Below the pieces are notes generated by a model. It searched no databases. It was not told where the DNA came from and worked only from the letters and a program-made list of their open reading frames with translations. Of a stretch of DNA of 63,174 nucleotides, positions 20,271 through 29,603 are shown one piece after another (position 1 is the stretch's first letter; each line of letters starts with the position of its first letter). The DNA is from a virus, in IMG/VR virus record IMGVR_UViG_3300045988_076310. One strand, 5' to 3'. The translations under genes were made by a program, and so were the position numbers.

Positions 20271-20492
20271 ATGAACAGTCATATTAAAAACCTATATACT
20301 AAACGAAAGCATAAGCTCATTCAACTACATTCTAAGGAGAAAAAACAGTTTATCTTAGAACAGCATGTAGAGAAGCATCCTACTGATTACACTTCTGTGA
20401 TTAGTAATGAGTTGCTTAAGAGTGATATTAAGCGTATAGAGTATAGTATAAAAGAAATTGATAAACAGATGGAGTTATATACACATGATTAA
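20271..20492 (+). CDS. Hypothetical protein
   Basis: AGGAG RBS; packed array. Confidence 0.55.
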   Translation: MNSHIKNLYTKRKHKLIQLHSKEKKQFILEQHVEKHPTDYTSVISNELLKSDIKRIEYSIKEIDKQMELYTHD

Positions 20493-20760
20493 GAAGAAAT
20501 TAGTACAAAGAATGTATGACAGAATTTTAGTTGAGTCTATGGTTGAGTCATTCTTCAGACAAATTTATAAAAATCATGATAGAGGTGGAGCTAAGGAGTG
20601 GTTGGACAATAGAATTTTAGAGCTTACTCTAGAGTCTAATGTCATCACTTGTGACCATGAGGATAACACTATCACTTACAATGGTGAGGTTTTCAACTAT
20701 GACTTCCAATACATAACTAACCTGTGCATAAGTTTACTGAAGGATAAGATTGAGGTATAA
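20485..20760 (+). CDS. Hypothetical protein
   Basis: ATG 20485 overlaps the upstream stop (ATGATTAA). The ORF track starts at TTG 20458. Confidence 0.55.
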   Translation: MIKKKLVQRMYDRILVESMVESFFRQIYKNHDRGGAKEWLDNRILELTLESNVITCDHEDNTITYNGEVFNYDFQYITNLCISLLKDKIEV

Positions 20761-20765
20761 TTGAT

Positions 20766-21812
20766 ATGACAAATGCTTATCAACTAGCTCAAAGTGTTAT
20801 CGGTCAGACTGTTGGTAGTGGTGAGTGTGTAGCCTTAGTTGACTGGATTGCTATGCAATATGGTCATAGGCTTTGGGGTAACGGTAATCAGATTGGTACT
20901 GATGCAGGAGTTAGTGCTTTTGCAGATGTATTCCCCTATACACCAGGGATGGAGCTAAGAGTTGGTGATATCCTATCTACCTATGAAACTACTACACCTT
21001 ATGGACACACAGGTGTCTATGGTGGAGGACCTATCAATAATGCCCTATACATTGAGCAGAACTATGCAGGACAGCGGTTTGTCATTGAGCACAGAAGAAA
21101 CATCCTAGCTGATGGAGCCTCCATCTTAAGGGTTGTACGGATAAGGGCTCAAGACAACTACTCACCAGGTAATAATGCAGGAGGCTCTAGTAATGGAGGC
21201 TCAGGAGATAGCCCATCTAAAAGAAGTGGTATCCAAAGGACCTTTTATGAAATAACCTGTGATAAGGTTGAAGGTATAAAAGGTATTGGAGACCCTACTG
21301 TGTTAGATACCTTCTACAAGTGTAATAAGGTCACTGGTAAAATAAATGGTGAGTGGCTGATATATGATAAGTATGATGGCTCAGTAGGATACATCCCTAG
21401 AAGTTGTGTCACTGAGAAGAAAGAATACTCTAAGCAGGACAAGAAGGATGATAAAAAGGAAGTAGAGAAGGCTAATGGATATGATAAGTTCCCTGATAAG
21501 ACTGATGATGGTCTTGACCAATCAGGAACTCAACCTATCTACACCTTAGCACAGTTCATCTCCCTTGGTCGTATAAACTATAGTGGTTATGAATGGACTT
21601 ACTCCTCAGGAAACAACTTCCCTGCTAGTGTAAATGTGAATAAGAGCTATAATGCTTATGGCTTCTTATCAGACAGTGATGGTAATATTATTCTATCTGT
21701 TCCCTCATCTTGGGGTGATGTGAAAGGTAGAGTGTATAACACACCCTTTGGTTTTAAGGGTAAGGTCTACTTGACCAATGAAAAAACATCAATAGATGTA
21801 TATGTAAGATAG
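20766..21812 (+). CDS. CHAP-domain cell-wall peptidase with SH3-like and 3D-like C-terminal regions
   Basis: CHAP Cys context GSGECVALVDW and His context YGHTGVYGG. Mid region GEWLIYDKYDGSVGYIPRSCV is SH3-like. The C-terminus ...GKVYLTNEKTSIDVYV resembles 3D/DPBB domains. Confidence 0.6.
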   Translation: MTNAYQLAQSVIGQTVGSGECVALVDWIAMQYGHRLWGNGNQIGTDAGVSAFADVFPYTPGMELRVGDILSTYETTTPYGHTGVYGGGPINNALYIEQNYAGQRFVIEHRRNILADGASILRVVRIRAQDNYSPGNNAGGSSNGGSGDSPSKRSGIQRTFYEITCDKVEGIKGIGDPTVLDTFYKCNKVTGKINGEWLIYDKYDGSVGYIPRSCVTEKKEYSKQDKKDDKKEVEKANGYDKFPDKTDDGLDQSGTQPIYTLAQFISLGRINYSGYEWTYSSGNNFPASVNVNKSYNAYGFLSDSDGNIILSVPSSWGDVKGRVYNTPFGFKGKVYLTNEKTSIDVYVR

Positions 21813-21820
21813 GAGTTACT

Positions 21821-23284
21821 ATGGCTTATAAACTAGCTGAAGAAGACAAACTATGTGGGATTGAATATCCTACCTATGAGGGGTATAAACCTATCCCTAA
21901 AGCAACCTGTGAGATGTTAGAGACTCAGTGTGGTGGTATTGAGATTGTGTTCAACTGTGAGAAGAAGAAGGAAGATGAAAAACCTACTCCTAAACCTACT
22001 CCACAGCCTGAACCAACTCCTGAAGAGCCAAAACCACAGCCTGAAGAACCTAAACCTAATCCTGAACCTCAACCAGAGGAACCAAAACCCGAAGAACCTA
22101 AACCTAATCCAGTTGAGCCTACACCTGATGAACCAAAACCTGATAATCCTGTAGAGCCAACTCCTGACGAACCTGTAGAACCAACACCAACTCCTAATCC
22201 TGACCCTGAAGTTCCTACTCCTGATGAGCCAGCTCCTAAACCTGTGCTCACTAATGAAGAGTTGGATGAGATTGTGTCAGGTAAGTTGCGTAATGAAGGT
22301 ACCCTAGGTAAGTATAATGCTAACCAAAACAACAAACTTATCAGTGTTGATGAGCCTACACCTGAAGAGATTGAGGCTTATAAGAAAGAAATCACAGATA
22401 AGGTAGGAGATATTCCTGAGCTTGAAGGATACACTGTGGAAGTATCAGTAGATAAAATTCCTAGTGAAGCTCCTGAAGTAGGTAGTGAAGTTACAGGTGC
22501 ACCTCTCTATACTAAGATTGTGAAGATTACTAAACCTAATGGTGATGTATATCAATCTGAGCCTATGAGCATTGGTACTACTACTGAGAAAACTATTGAC
22601 TTACTAGAAGCACTACCTAGTGTAGAAGATAAGTTCTCTACACTTATTACTAAGGATGGTCAAGTAGTTTATGTTCCTGAGGTATCTGAAGAGGATAAGA
22701 GAGCCTTTGAAGATAAGATTATCAATGAATTGAAGGCTAAATTACCTGAAGGAACTACTGTAGAGGCTGTACTTGAAGGACCTGCTTATGAAAAAGGCTC
22801 AGAGGTTATAGGAGGAAAGACTAACTATAACCTTAAAGTAAGAACTACTCTAAATGGTAAAGTTTCAGAACATACCTACAAAGTACCTCACACAGAAGAG
22901 CCTGCTAAGGAATTTCCTGAAGGAGTCATTGATAAAACTTTATCAGGCATGGCGTTAGGTAATATCACAATTAGTGGTGATGAAATCTTATCTATTACTA
23001 GACGAGAAGAAGGTGCTATCATAGGGAAACCTATTACAGATGAAGACCTTCCTTCTATTAGCAAGGAATATGCTGATATCCTAGATGAAGGTCTTAATAG
23101 AGGTATTGAGGGTAATAATAGATATAAAGTTAATAGCTTCAATATTACCTTGGATAAACATGTAGGAGACCATGTAGTAATAGGTAAGCCTATCTTTAGC
23201 TATACTGCTACTATTACTAAACCTTATGGTGAAGTAGTAACTAAAGAAGGTAAATTGGACTCAGGATGGATAGACTCACTATAG
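21821..23284 (+). CDS. Pro/Glu-rich repeat protein with three repeated C-terminal units
   Basis: Roughly 95-aa PEP/KP repeat tract (EPTPEEPKPQPEEPKPNPEPQPEEPKPEEPKPNPVEPTPDEPKP...). Three related units follow (...LYTKIVKITKPNGDVYQSE, ...NYNLKVRTTLNGKVSEHTY, ...FSYTATITKPYGEVVTKE). Confidence 0.65.
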   Translation: MAYKLAEEDKLCGIEYPTYEGYKPIPKATCEMLETQCGGIEIVFNCEKKKEDEKPTPKPTPQPEPTPEEPKPQPEEPKPNPEPQPEEPKPEEPKPNPVEPTPDEPKPDNPVEPTPDEPVEPTPTPNPDPEVPTPDEPAPKPVLTNEELDEIVSGKLRNEGTLGKYNANQNNKLISVDEPTPEEIEAYKKEITDKVGDIPELEGYTVEVSVDKIPSEAPEVGSEVTGAPLYTKIVKITKPNGDVYQSEPMSIGTTTEKTIDLLEALPSVEDKFSTLITKDGQVVYVPEVSEEDKRAFEDKIINELKAKLPEGTTVEAVLEGPAYEKGSEVIGGKTNYNLKVRTTLNGKVSEHTYKVPHTEEPAKEFPEGVIDKTLSGMALGNITISGDEILSITRREEGAIIGKPITDEDLPSISKEYADILDEGLNRGIEGNNRYKVNSFNITLDKHVGDHVVIGKPIFSYTATITKPYGEVVTKEGKLDSGWIDSL

Positions 23285-23293
23285 GAGAGCTAA

Positions 23294-23635
23294 ATGGATA
23301 GACTAATCTTAAGAATTGTGGAAAACCAAGCTGTCATCTCAGGAATAACACTCTTTGTAACCTCAGCTTGTGGTGTAGGGGTAGCTTGGCTTAACCACAA
23401 GAGAAATCAGCTTGTAGAGCTCTCAAAGGGTGCTAAACGCTCTAGCTTACGCTCTGAGTATCTTAACATCTACAACTCAACTGAGTTTACTTGGCAAGAG
23501 AAGTGGGATATGACTGAGCCTCTTGTGAAGGAATACTTTAATGAACTTAATGGAAACCATTATATACATGGTTTAAACGAGAAGATGAGAAGACATGTAG
23601 AGGAGGAGATTGCCAATGGTAAAGGTAACAGTTGA
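23294..23635 (+). CDS. Membrane protein (one N-terminal TM segment)
   Basis: Hydrophobic stretch AVISGITLFVTSACGVGVAWL; AGGAG RBS. Confidence 0.55.
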   Translation: MDRLILRIVENQAVISGITLFVTSACGVGVAWLNHKRNQLVELSKGAKRSSLRSEYLNIYNSTEFTWQEKWDMTEPLVKEYFNELNGNHYIHGLNEKMRRHVEEEIANGKGNS

Positions 23636-24938
23636 TGCAAGCTGTTTAAAGGGTCTAGGTGGTGGAGGAGCTACCTATGATGACACAGAAGTAATTAACC
23701 GTATCAAAGCCCTTGAAGGAAGAACAGATAACTTTGTAAAAGAAGTCACTGTGTCTAGAGAAGGGAATAAGGTAAAATTGACTTACACTAGAGTTGATGG
23801 TACATCTAGTGAAGTAGAATTTGATGATAAAGATACTATTTCTATTGCTTATGATGACACTGCTCTTAAAGAAAGAGTAACTGCATTAGAGGCAAAAGAA
23901 GATAAAGACACTGTGTATGATGACACAGAAGTAAAAAATCGACTAACTACTCTTGAAGAGAAGGTTGATAATGACACTATTTATGATGATAGTGCATTAA
24001 AAGCTAGAGTCGAAGCATTGGAAGCTAAACCTGATAAGGATGAACAAACATTATCATTAACTGGTAATGAGCTATCAATTTCTAATGGAAACTCTGTGAC
24101 ACTTCCTGAAGCAACACCTTATAATGATAAGCCTCTAGTAGATAGAATTGCTGTCTTAGAAGCTAGGGAAGACAAAGATACCATCTATGATGATAGTGAC
24201 TTAAAAGAGCAAGTAAATGACTTAGGAAGCTCTATGGCTAGTGCTTTACATGACATTAGTGAGATTAGGGTTAATAATGAGTCAAGACTTAGTGCTCTAG
24301 AAAAGAAAGAAGACAATGATAAGCAAACATTGTCTTTAGAAGGTAATACCTTAAGCATCTCTAATGGTAATTCAGTAGAGCTTCCAGTAAGTGCAGGAAA
24401 AGAATTTGTTGTTACTAGTGATACTGAAGGTGTTACAGTAACTAAAGCTGAAGCAGAAGGCTCCACTACTTACAATGTAAACATGGATAATGCTTTAGAT
24501 AAGTTCTACAAGAAAGCTGAGACTTACACTAAGAATGAAGTAGATAATCTACTAACCAAACAGGAAGATAAAGCTACTGACATTACAGTGTATAGAGGTA
24601 CTTTCACTGATAGAGAGAAGGTTCAAGAAGGTACTTATGACACAGATGTATCTCCTAGAATAACACTTACTTACTCTAGTAGCACAGGTGTAGGTATTCT
24701 GAAAGTAGACTTTAAAATCCTTAAGGCTGTTGGTCAAGGAAATGTTATTGCTAAATTACCTAAAGGTGCACCTAGACCTGCTGAGCTTATTGAGGCTCAA
24801 GTATGGGTAGGAGATGTTTCTACATCTATTTGGGTAGATAAGGGAGCTGATGTAGTTAGAATGTATGCTACAAGTGATGCCAATATCTTTAACAAACGTA
24901 TCATCCTAAACATCCCAGGTATCTTTAAGAAATCTTAA
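23616..24938 (+). CDS. Tail fibre with coiled-coil repeats
   Basis: ATG 23616 sits 7 nt after GAGGAGGAG. At least six repeats of about 22 aa, YDD(T/S)xLKxRVxxLEAKxDKDT. Two copies of DKQTLSLxGNxLSISNGNSVxLP. Confidence 0.7.
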   Translation: MVKVTVDASCLKGLGGGGATYDDTEVINRIKALEGRTDNFVKEVTVSREGNKVKLTYTRVDGTSSEVEFDDKDTISIAYDDTALKERVTALEAKEDKDTVYDDTEVKNRLTTLEEKVDNDTIYDDSALKARVEALEAKPDKDEQTLSLTGNELSISNGNSVTLPEATPYNDKPLVDRIAVLEAREDKDTIYDDSDLKEQVNDLGSSMASALHDISEIRVNNESRLSALEKKEDNDKQTLSLEGNTLSISNGNSVELPVSAGKEFVVTSDTEGVTVTKAEAEGSTTYNVNMDNALDKFYKKAETYTKNEVDNLLTKQEDKATDITVYRGTFTDREKVQEGTYDTDVSPRITLTYSSSTGVGILKVDFKILKAVGQGNVIAKLPKGAPRPAELIEAQVWVGDVSTSIWVDKGADVVRMYATSDANIFNKRIILNIPGIFKKS

Positions 24939-24955
24939 TAAATAAGGAGGACTAA

Positions 24956-25174
24956 ATGTCAGAAGAAAAATGGATGCTTTCAGATAAGCAATATAATATT
25001 CTTAAGAAGGTACTCATCAATGTTGTACCTCCTACGATTGCTCTTATTGCAGGGCTAGGTTCATTGTATAACTTTGATGCTAACCTAATTAATGGAACTA
25101 TTGGACTGTTTGCTACATTCTTTGCAGGAGTTCTAGGAGTTTCTAGTCATAACTACAATGCAGGTAAAGAATGA
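24956..25174 (+). CDS. Holin (putative)
   Basis: 72 aa, two hydrophobic segments (VVPPTIALIAGLGSL and GTIGLFATFFAGVLGV), AAGGAGG RBS. The stop overlaps the endolysin start. Confidence 0.7.
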   Translation: MSEEKWMLSDKQYNILKKVLINVVPPTIALIAGLGSLYNFDANLINGTIGLFATFFAGVLGVSSHNYNAGKE

Positions 25175-27423
25175 ACTATCAAGAATTTAAGAAGAAATGG
25201 TATAATAAGGGTGTAGATGTAGACGGTTACTATTCCTTCCAATGTTGGGACTCCTTTGCACAGTGGTGTAAGGAAAATGGTGTCCCTGTAATCAATACAA
25301 CACCTGTGTCACAAGGTGGCTCAGGTTATGCCAAAGACTTGTGGGAGAAGAAAGCCTCTAATGGTATCCTCAAGTACTTTGATGAAGTACCTATCAATCA
25401 GCTCAAAGAAGGTGATGTAGGTGTCTTCAAAGAGGTGCAAGGATGGACTCCTGTATCTCATGTGGCAATGTTTGATAGAGATATTGATGGTAAGTATGGC
25501 TACTTCTTAAGCCAAAACCAAGGTGGAATTAATGGAGTACACAATCTATGTAGGTTCCCTTATTCTGCACTATACCCTACAGCCTTTAGATTAAAGAAGG
25601 CTAACAATAACCAAGGAGGAAGTAAGACTGTGGCATTACCAGTTAAGAATATTGGTGGAGAAATCTTCTCAGGAGTTATTACAGGATATGATGCTAATAT
25701 CATGAACTGTGATAGCAATAGAAATAAGATTGACAGAATTGTTATTCACCATAACGCTACAACTAATGATGCTGTGGCTAGAAGTACATGGTATGTATCT
25801 TCAGGTCATGGTACTTCAGCTCACTATCAAGTAACACCTGATAAAATTTGGGGTTGTGTTGGTGAGAACTATGTTGCTTATCATGCAGGAAACTATCCAG
25901 TAAATCAACGCTCTATTGGTATTGAGCACTTAAACAACACAGGAGCTCCTACATGGACTATTGCTGAGGAAACTTATAGAAACTCAGCTAGACTAATTAG
26001 AGATATTTGTGAACGCTATAATATTCCTATTGACAGACAGCACATCATCAAGCATGGTGAAGTATCATCTACAGCGTGTTTACCTGTTGATAATACTGAA
26101 CTCCTCACTAAACAAGGTTGGGTAAGCTTAAAAGATATCCAAGTAGGTGATGAGATTGCTACATACAGATTAGATGATGGAAGCATTATCTTTGACACTG
26201 TGTATAATAAAGTAGAGCCTCACATTAAAGATACTTGGTTCTTTAGAGATGTTGAGGTAACTGCTGACCATAGAATGTTGTGGAAGTCTCAAGCAAGTAA
26301 AACCTATAAGATTAGTGAAGCTAAGGATATGTTCTCTAACAAAGGTACTCTAGTATTCCCAAATGCAGGAAACTATGAAGCAGAAGGACTCCCTGTGTCA
26401 GATACTTTCCTACAGTATCTTGTAGCTGTACAAGCTGATGGTCATTATATGAAGGATAATAGAACCATTAACAAAAACCCTTTTGGTATTGAGTTCCACA
26501 TTAAAAAGGATAGAAAAGTAGAATTACTTACTGATATCCTTGATGAGTTGGGGAAAGAATATACATTTAGAGAGAAAAAAGATGGTACTTATTCATTCCG
26601 TATTTATGGAGCTGAAGAGGTTGAAGAAGTAGAGCAATATCTAGACAATAAAAAATTCTCATGGAAGTTCCTTGAGATGTCAGAAAGACAAGCTGAACTC
26701 TTCCTTGACTATATCTTAGACTTTGATGGTTGTAGAGCAGGTAATGATTACTCTTCAACACTCTCTCAAAATATAGATGTGGTACAAGCTATTGCTTCTC
26801 TCCATAATAAAGGTAGTAGAACATCTACAGAAGGTAATCGACTATACTTTACAAACCCTACTAGAAGTGTAACATCTACTGGTACTTTAGCTAAGTCTGC
26901 ACAAAGAAGACAACAAAGGCTGGTTTCATGTGTATCTGTTACATCAGGTTTAATCTTAATCCGTCAACATGGAAGAACTACTGTTGTAGGTAACTGTCCT
27001 GGTGGTATTGACATTGATAGACTTGTAGCTATGGCTAAAGGTGCTGATTATGTTACTCCTGCTAAGGCTACTCCTAGACCATCTGCACCAGGTAAGATGC
27101 AACATGCTTATCGAGTAGATGACTTGAAATTTGTGAATGGTTTGTGGCAGGTTTACTGTCAAGAACTTGCTCCTGCTGAGTTTAACTGGACTGATAATGG
27201 TATTGCTGTAGAGGATATCATTATTACTAATAAAGATGGTGCTAGACTTCCTGACCAAATGACTCATGTAGGTGACTACTTTGTGTTTGACCAAACTGCT
27301 ACAGCCGATACAGGCTATGGAGCTATGGGTTCAGGCGGATGGTATTGGAGAAAATTCAGACTGAGAACTTCAGGTGAAATTTGGTTATCAGCTTGGAACT
27401 TAAACCACTTATTGTTTGGTTAA
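25171..27423 (+). CDS. Endolysin: CHAP + amidase_2 (interrupted by an intein) + SH3b-like wall-binding domain
   Basis: CHAP: YYSFQCWDSF and VSHVAMF. Amidase_2: IVIHHNATTN, SAHYQV, AYHAGN, IGIEH, and H-x7-C restored across the intein as KHGEVSSTA|CPGG. The C-terminal VNGLWQV...DNGIAVEDI...WYWRKF region is SH3b-like. Confidence 0.9.
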   Translation: MNYQEFKKKWYNKGVDVDGYYSFQCWDSFAQWCKENGVPVINTTPVSQGGSGYAKDLWEKKASNGILKYFDEVPINQLKEGDVGVFKEVQGWTPVSHVAMFDRDIDGKYGYFLSQNQGGINGVHNLCRFPYSALYPTAFRLKKANNNQGGSKTVALPVKNIGGEIFSGVITGYDANIMNCDSNRNKIDRIVIHHNATTNDAVARSTWYVSSGHGTSAHYQVTPDKIWGCVGENYVAYHAGNYPVNQRSIGIEHLNNTGAPTWTIAEETYRNSARLIRDICERYNIPIDRQHIIKHGEVSSTACLPVDNTELLTKQGWVSLKDIQVGDEIATYRLDDGSIIFDTVYNKVEPHIKDTWFFRDVEVTADHRMLWKSQASKTYKISEAKDMFSNKGTLVFPNAGNYEAEGLPVSDTFLQYLVAVQADGHYMKDNRTINKNPFGIEFHIKKDRKVELLTDILDELGKEYTFREKKDGTYSFRIYGAEEVEEVEQYLDNKKFSWKFLEMSERQAELFLDYILDFDGCRAGNDYSSTLSQNIDVVQAIASLHNKGSRTSTEGNRLYFTNPTRSVTSTGTLAKSAQRRQQRLVSCVSVTSGLILIRQHGRTTVVGNCPGGIDIDRLVAMAKGADYVTPAKATPRPSAPGKMQHAYRVDDLKFVNGLWQVYCQELAPAEFNWTDNGIAVEDIIITNKDGARLPDQMTHVGDYFVFDQTATADTGYGAMGSGGWYWRKFRLRTSGEIWLSAWNLNHLLFG
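26077..26994 (+). mobile_element. Intein with LAGLIDADG homing-endonuclease domain (306 aa) inside the endolysin
   Basis: Begins with Cys1 (CLPVDNTELLTKQGWVSLKDIQVGDEI). Block B is TADH. Two LAGLIDADG-type motifs, YLVAVQADGHY and LDYILDFDGC. Ends ...TTVVGN followed by the +1 Cys of CPGG. Confidence 0.85.
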
Positions 27424-27424
27424 G

Positions 27425-27457
27425 GGGATGGGGTTAATCCCCTCCCTATTTTTATTT
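27425..27457 (+). terminator. Rho-independent terminator after the endolysin
   Basis: GC-rich hairpin GGGATGGGG-ttaat-CCCCTCCC followed by TATTTTTATTT. Confidence 0.6.
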
Positions 27458-27466
27458 GGAGGAACT

Positions 27467-28342
27467 ATGGAAGATATCTGTAAACACAAGGATTGCTCCT
27501 GTGAGAACGTAGGCTTGGGGGATTGTGTTAAACTACAAGAACTAAATGACCTACAAATTAGACCAAAGATGAGGGCTATTCTTAAGGCTGAGTGGTGTAA
27601 CTTACCTGAAGCTATTAGAAGAGCTTTCTATGGTGTTTGGTGTGTATTAAAGAATATTATTAACCAATTATGTTATATTCTATCTAAGCTTGAGTGCTTA
27701 GAGGCTAAAGTATCCAATCTGTGTGAAGTTGCTAAGTGTCAGGATGAAAGAATTTCAGGGCTTATTGACCACATCAAAGGTAAAATGCTTGAGAATGTAT
27801 CCTTTAGTATGAAGTCTAGTGGTTCTAATGTAGACTATAATGGTCAACAGACTTACACTAAGATTAGTACACAAAATGATGGTTCATTTACATTGACTTG
27901 GAACATGGTTGATGAGAATGAAGTAGGTAAGGGTACTATTACTGGTAAAGTTGCTCACATGTACACCATGAAAGATGATGGTACTATTGATGCACATATT
28001 AGTAGAGTAACTTTCAATGCTATTAACTATACTGCATCACCAGGAGCTAGAAGCTATGGAACTACTGCAAGATACTCTATCATTGATAACAATGGTAAAG
28101 AGATTTTCGGAAGAGACTATGACCCAGGTTTCAGCTTCTCAGACAAGTCACCTGACCTATCAGTAGGAAAATCAGTTACACTACAGCCTCAAGGAGGTAA
28201 CACAGGAGATGTTCTTCTGTTTAGAACTGTGGACTATTGGGTTAATGCTTCCACTACTGGTGAAGTAAGAGCAGACTATGTAAATAATAACTCTCCTCTT
28301 CCTAAGGCACAAGGATGTGTCATTGACTGTGACAACTGTTAG
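27467..28342 (+). CDS. Cys-rich N-terminal module protein 1 (fibre/RBP-like)
   Basis: ATG 27467 follows GGAGG; the ORF track starts it at 27416, inside the terminator. N-terminus reads CKHKDCSCENVGLGDC...WCNL...VWCVLKNIINQLCYIL...C...C...C. C-terminus ends CVIDCDNC. Confidence 0.65.
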   Translation: MEDICKHKDCSCENVGLGDCVKLQELNDLQIRPKMRAILKAEWCNLPEAIRRAFYGVWCVLKNIINQLCYILSKLECLEAKVSNLCEVAKCQDERISGLIDHIKGKMLENVSFSMKSSGSNVDYNGQQTYTKISTQNDGSFTLTWNMVDENEVGKGTITGKVAHMYTMKDDGTIDAHISRVTFNAINYTASPGARSYGTTARYSIIDNNGKEIFGRDYDPGFSFSDKSPDLSVGKSVTLQPQGGNTGDVLLFRTVDYWVNASTTGEVRADYVNNNSPLPKAQGCVIDCDNC

Positions 28343-28350
28343 GAGGTAAC

Positions 28351-29595
28351 ATGCTAGATTACTGCCCTAATTGCAGATGTAAAATAAAGTTCTACAAAGC
28401 TCATGAATGTGATAAGATGAAGCATGAGCTTGCTGATAGTATTAAACTAGCAGGTGATGTTATTGCATCCAGTGATGAGTGTAAACTCAAGGAGAATACC
28501 ACACATGGTATCTTTCGTATATGGTGTGTGATTAAGAACATTATTGAGATTATCTGTGATATAATTAAACGTATGAAGTGCTTACAGCGTAAGGCTCAGA
28601 GAGTATGTGAAGCTCAGCACTGTATTGATAGAAGGGTTGCAGAAGTCAATAGGATTATTGGTGTTTACAACTCTGACCAAGAGAGTCTTCCTTCAACTGA
28701 GCAAGCTGATTGGGAAGCTCTTAAGCTAAGAACTGACCGTGAGTATGCTAATGCTCTATCATTGTATAAGGCTAGAAAGAAAGTCTATGATGATAAGGTA
28801 AAAGAATATGATGTGAAGCTTATCCAGTATAACACTATGAAGGCTGAGTATGAAAGACTCAAGCGTGAATATGATGCAGGGCAAGGAGCTCAACAAGGTA
28901 GTCAAGGTCAGTGGCAAGAGGCTTGGGGAAGTTTTGCTAAGACAGGAGTACCTTATGATATTGTCATGGGTGGTTCTCCTAACCCCTCAATTCATGGATT
29001 AGACCTTACTGAAGCTCATAGACATAACTTTGGTAGAGGTGTGTTCTTTAGGAGTCTTAATGATGCAGGAACTTCTGTGGAGATGAAATTAAACCTTATT
29101 GGTTATACCTATGAGGGTAATGGAAGAGCTGTTCCAGGAGGCTATTATGTCCAGTATGGAGGTACCTATGACTGGTATCTAGACTACTACATCTCAACAG
29201 ATGGAGGTAACACCTATCATCCTGTGGAGTCTAATATCCTCTTAGCTAGACATGCTGATACACAGAACCTAGCCTATGGTCCTAACTGGCATCTATCAAG
29301 AATTGATTGGGTCAAACAGATTACACTACCTGCTAACTTCACTCACCTTAAGACTGAGGTACGTGGAGATAATCCAGGTGAACGACATCAAAATGTCTAC
29401 ACAAGAGAGCAGATTGTGAGAAAACCTTTCCCTCCATTCACAGAAAAAGAGCCTAAAAGACCTGAACCCTTCACAGAAAAGGAACCTAAGAAGTCACCAT
29501 TACCTCCTAAGCCTGAGAAGAAGGTTGAAAACATTCCTCTCATTGGTAGTGGATGTGACCTTATGGACTGTAAGTTTGACTGCTTTATAGATTAG
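28351..29595 (+). CDS. Cys-rich N-terminal module protein 2 (fibre/RBP-like)
   Basis: CPNCRCKIKFYKAHEC...IWCVIKNIIEIICDII...C...C...C, then coiled coil, a duplicated FTEKEPK(R/K) motif, and a CDLMDCKFDC end. Confidence 0.65.
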   Translation: MLDYCPNCRCKIKFYKAHECDKMKHELADSIKLAGDVIASSDECKLKENTTHGIFRIWCVIKNIIEIICDIIKRMKCLQRKAQRVCEAQHCIDRRVAEVNRIIGVYNSDQESLPSTEQADWEALKLRTDREYANALSLYKARKKVYDDKVKEYDVKLIQYNTMKAEYERLKREYDAGQGAQQGSQGQWQEAWGSFAKTGVPYDIVMGGSPNPSIHGLDLTEAHRHNFGRGVFFRSLNDAGTSVEMKLNLIGYTYEGNGRAVPGGYYVQYGGTYDWYLDYYISTDGGNTYHPVESNILLARHADTQNLAYGPNWHLSRIDWVKQITLPANFTHLKTEVRGDNPGERHQNVYTREQIVRKPFPPFTEKEPKRPEPFTEKEPKKSPLPPKPEKKVENIPLIGSGCDLMDCKFDCFID

Positions 29596-29603
29596 GAGAA
29601 ACT

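Noticed and set aside
21930-22335. ORFs 21930..22154 (+) and 22069..22335 (-) in the Pro/Glu repeat tract.
   Set aside because: These are alternate-frame and antisense readings of the cct/gaa-rich repeat DNA of 21821..23284. Repeats suppress stop codons in several frames.
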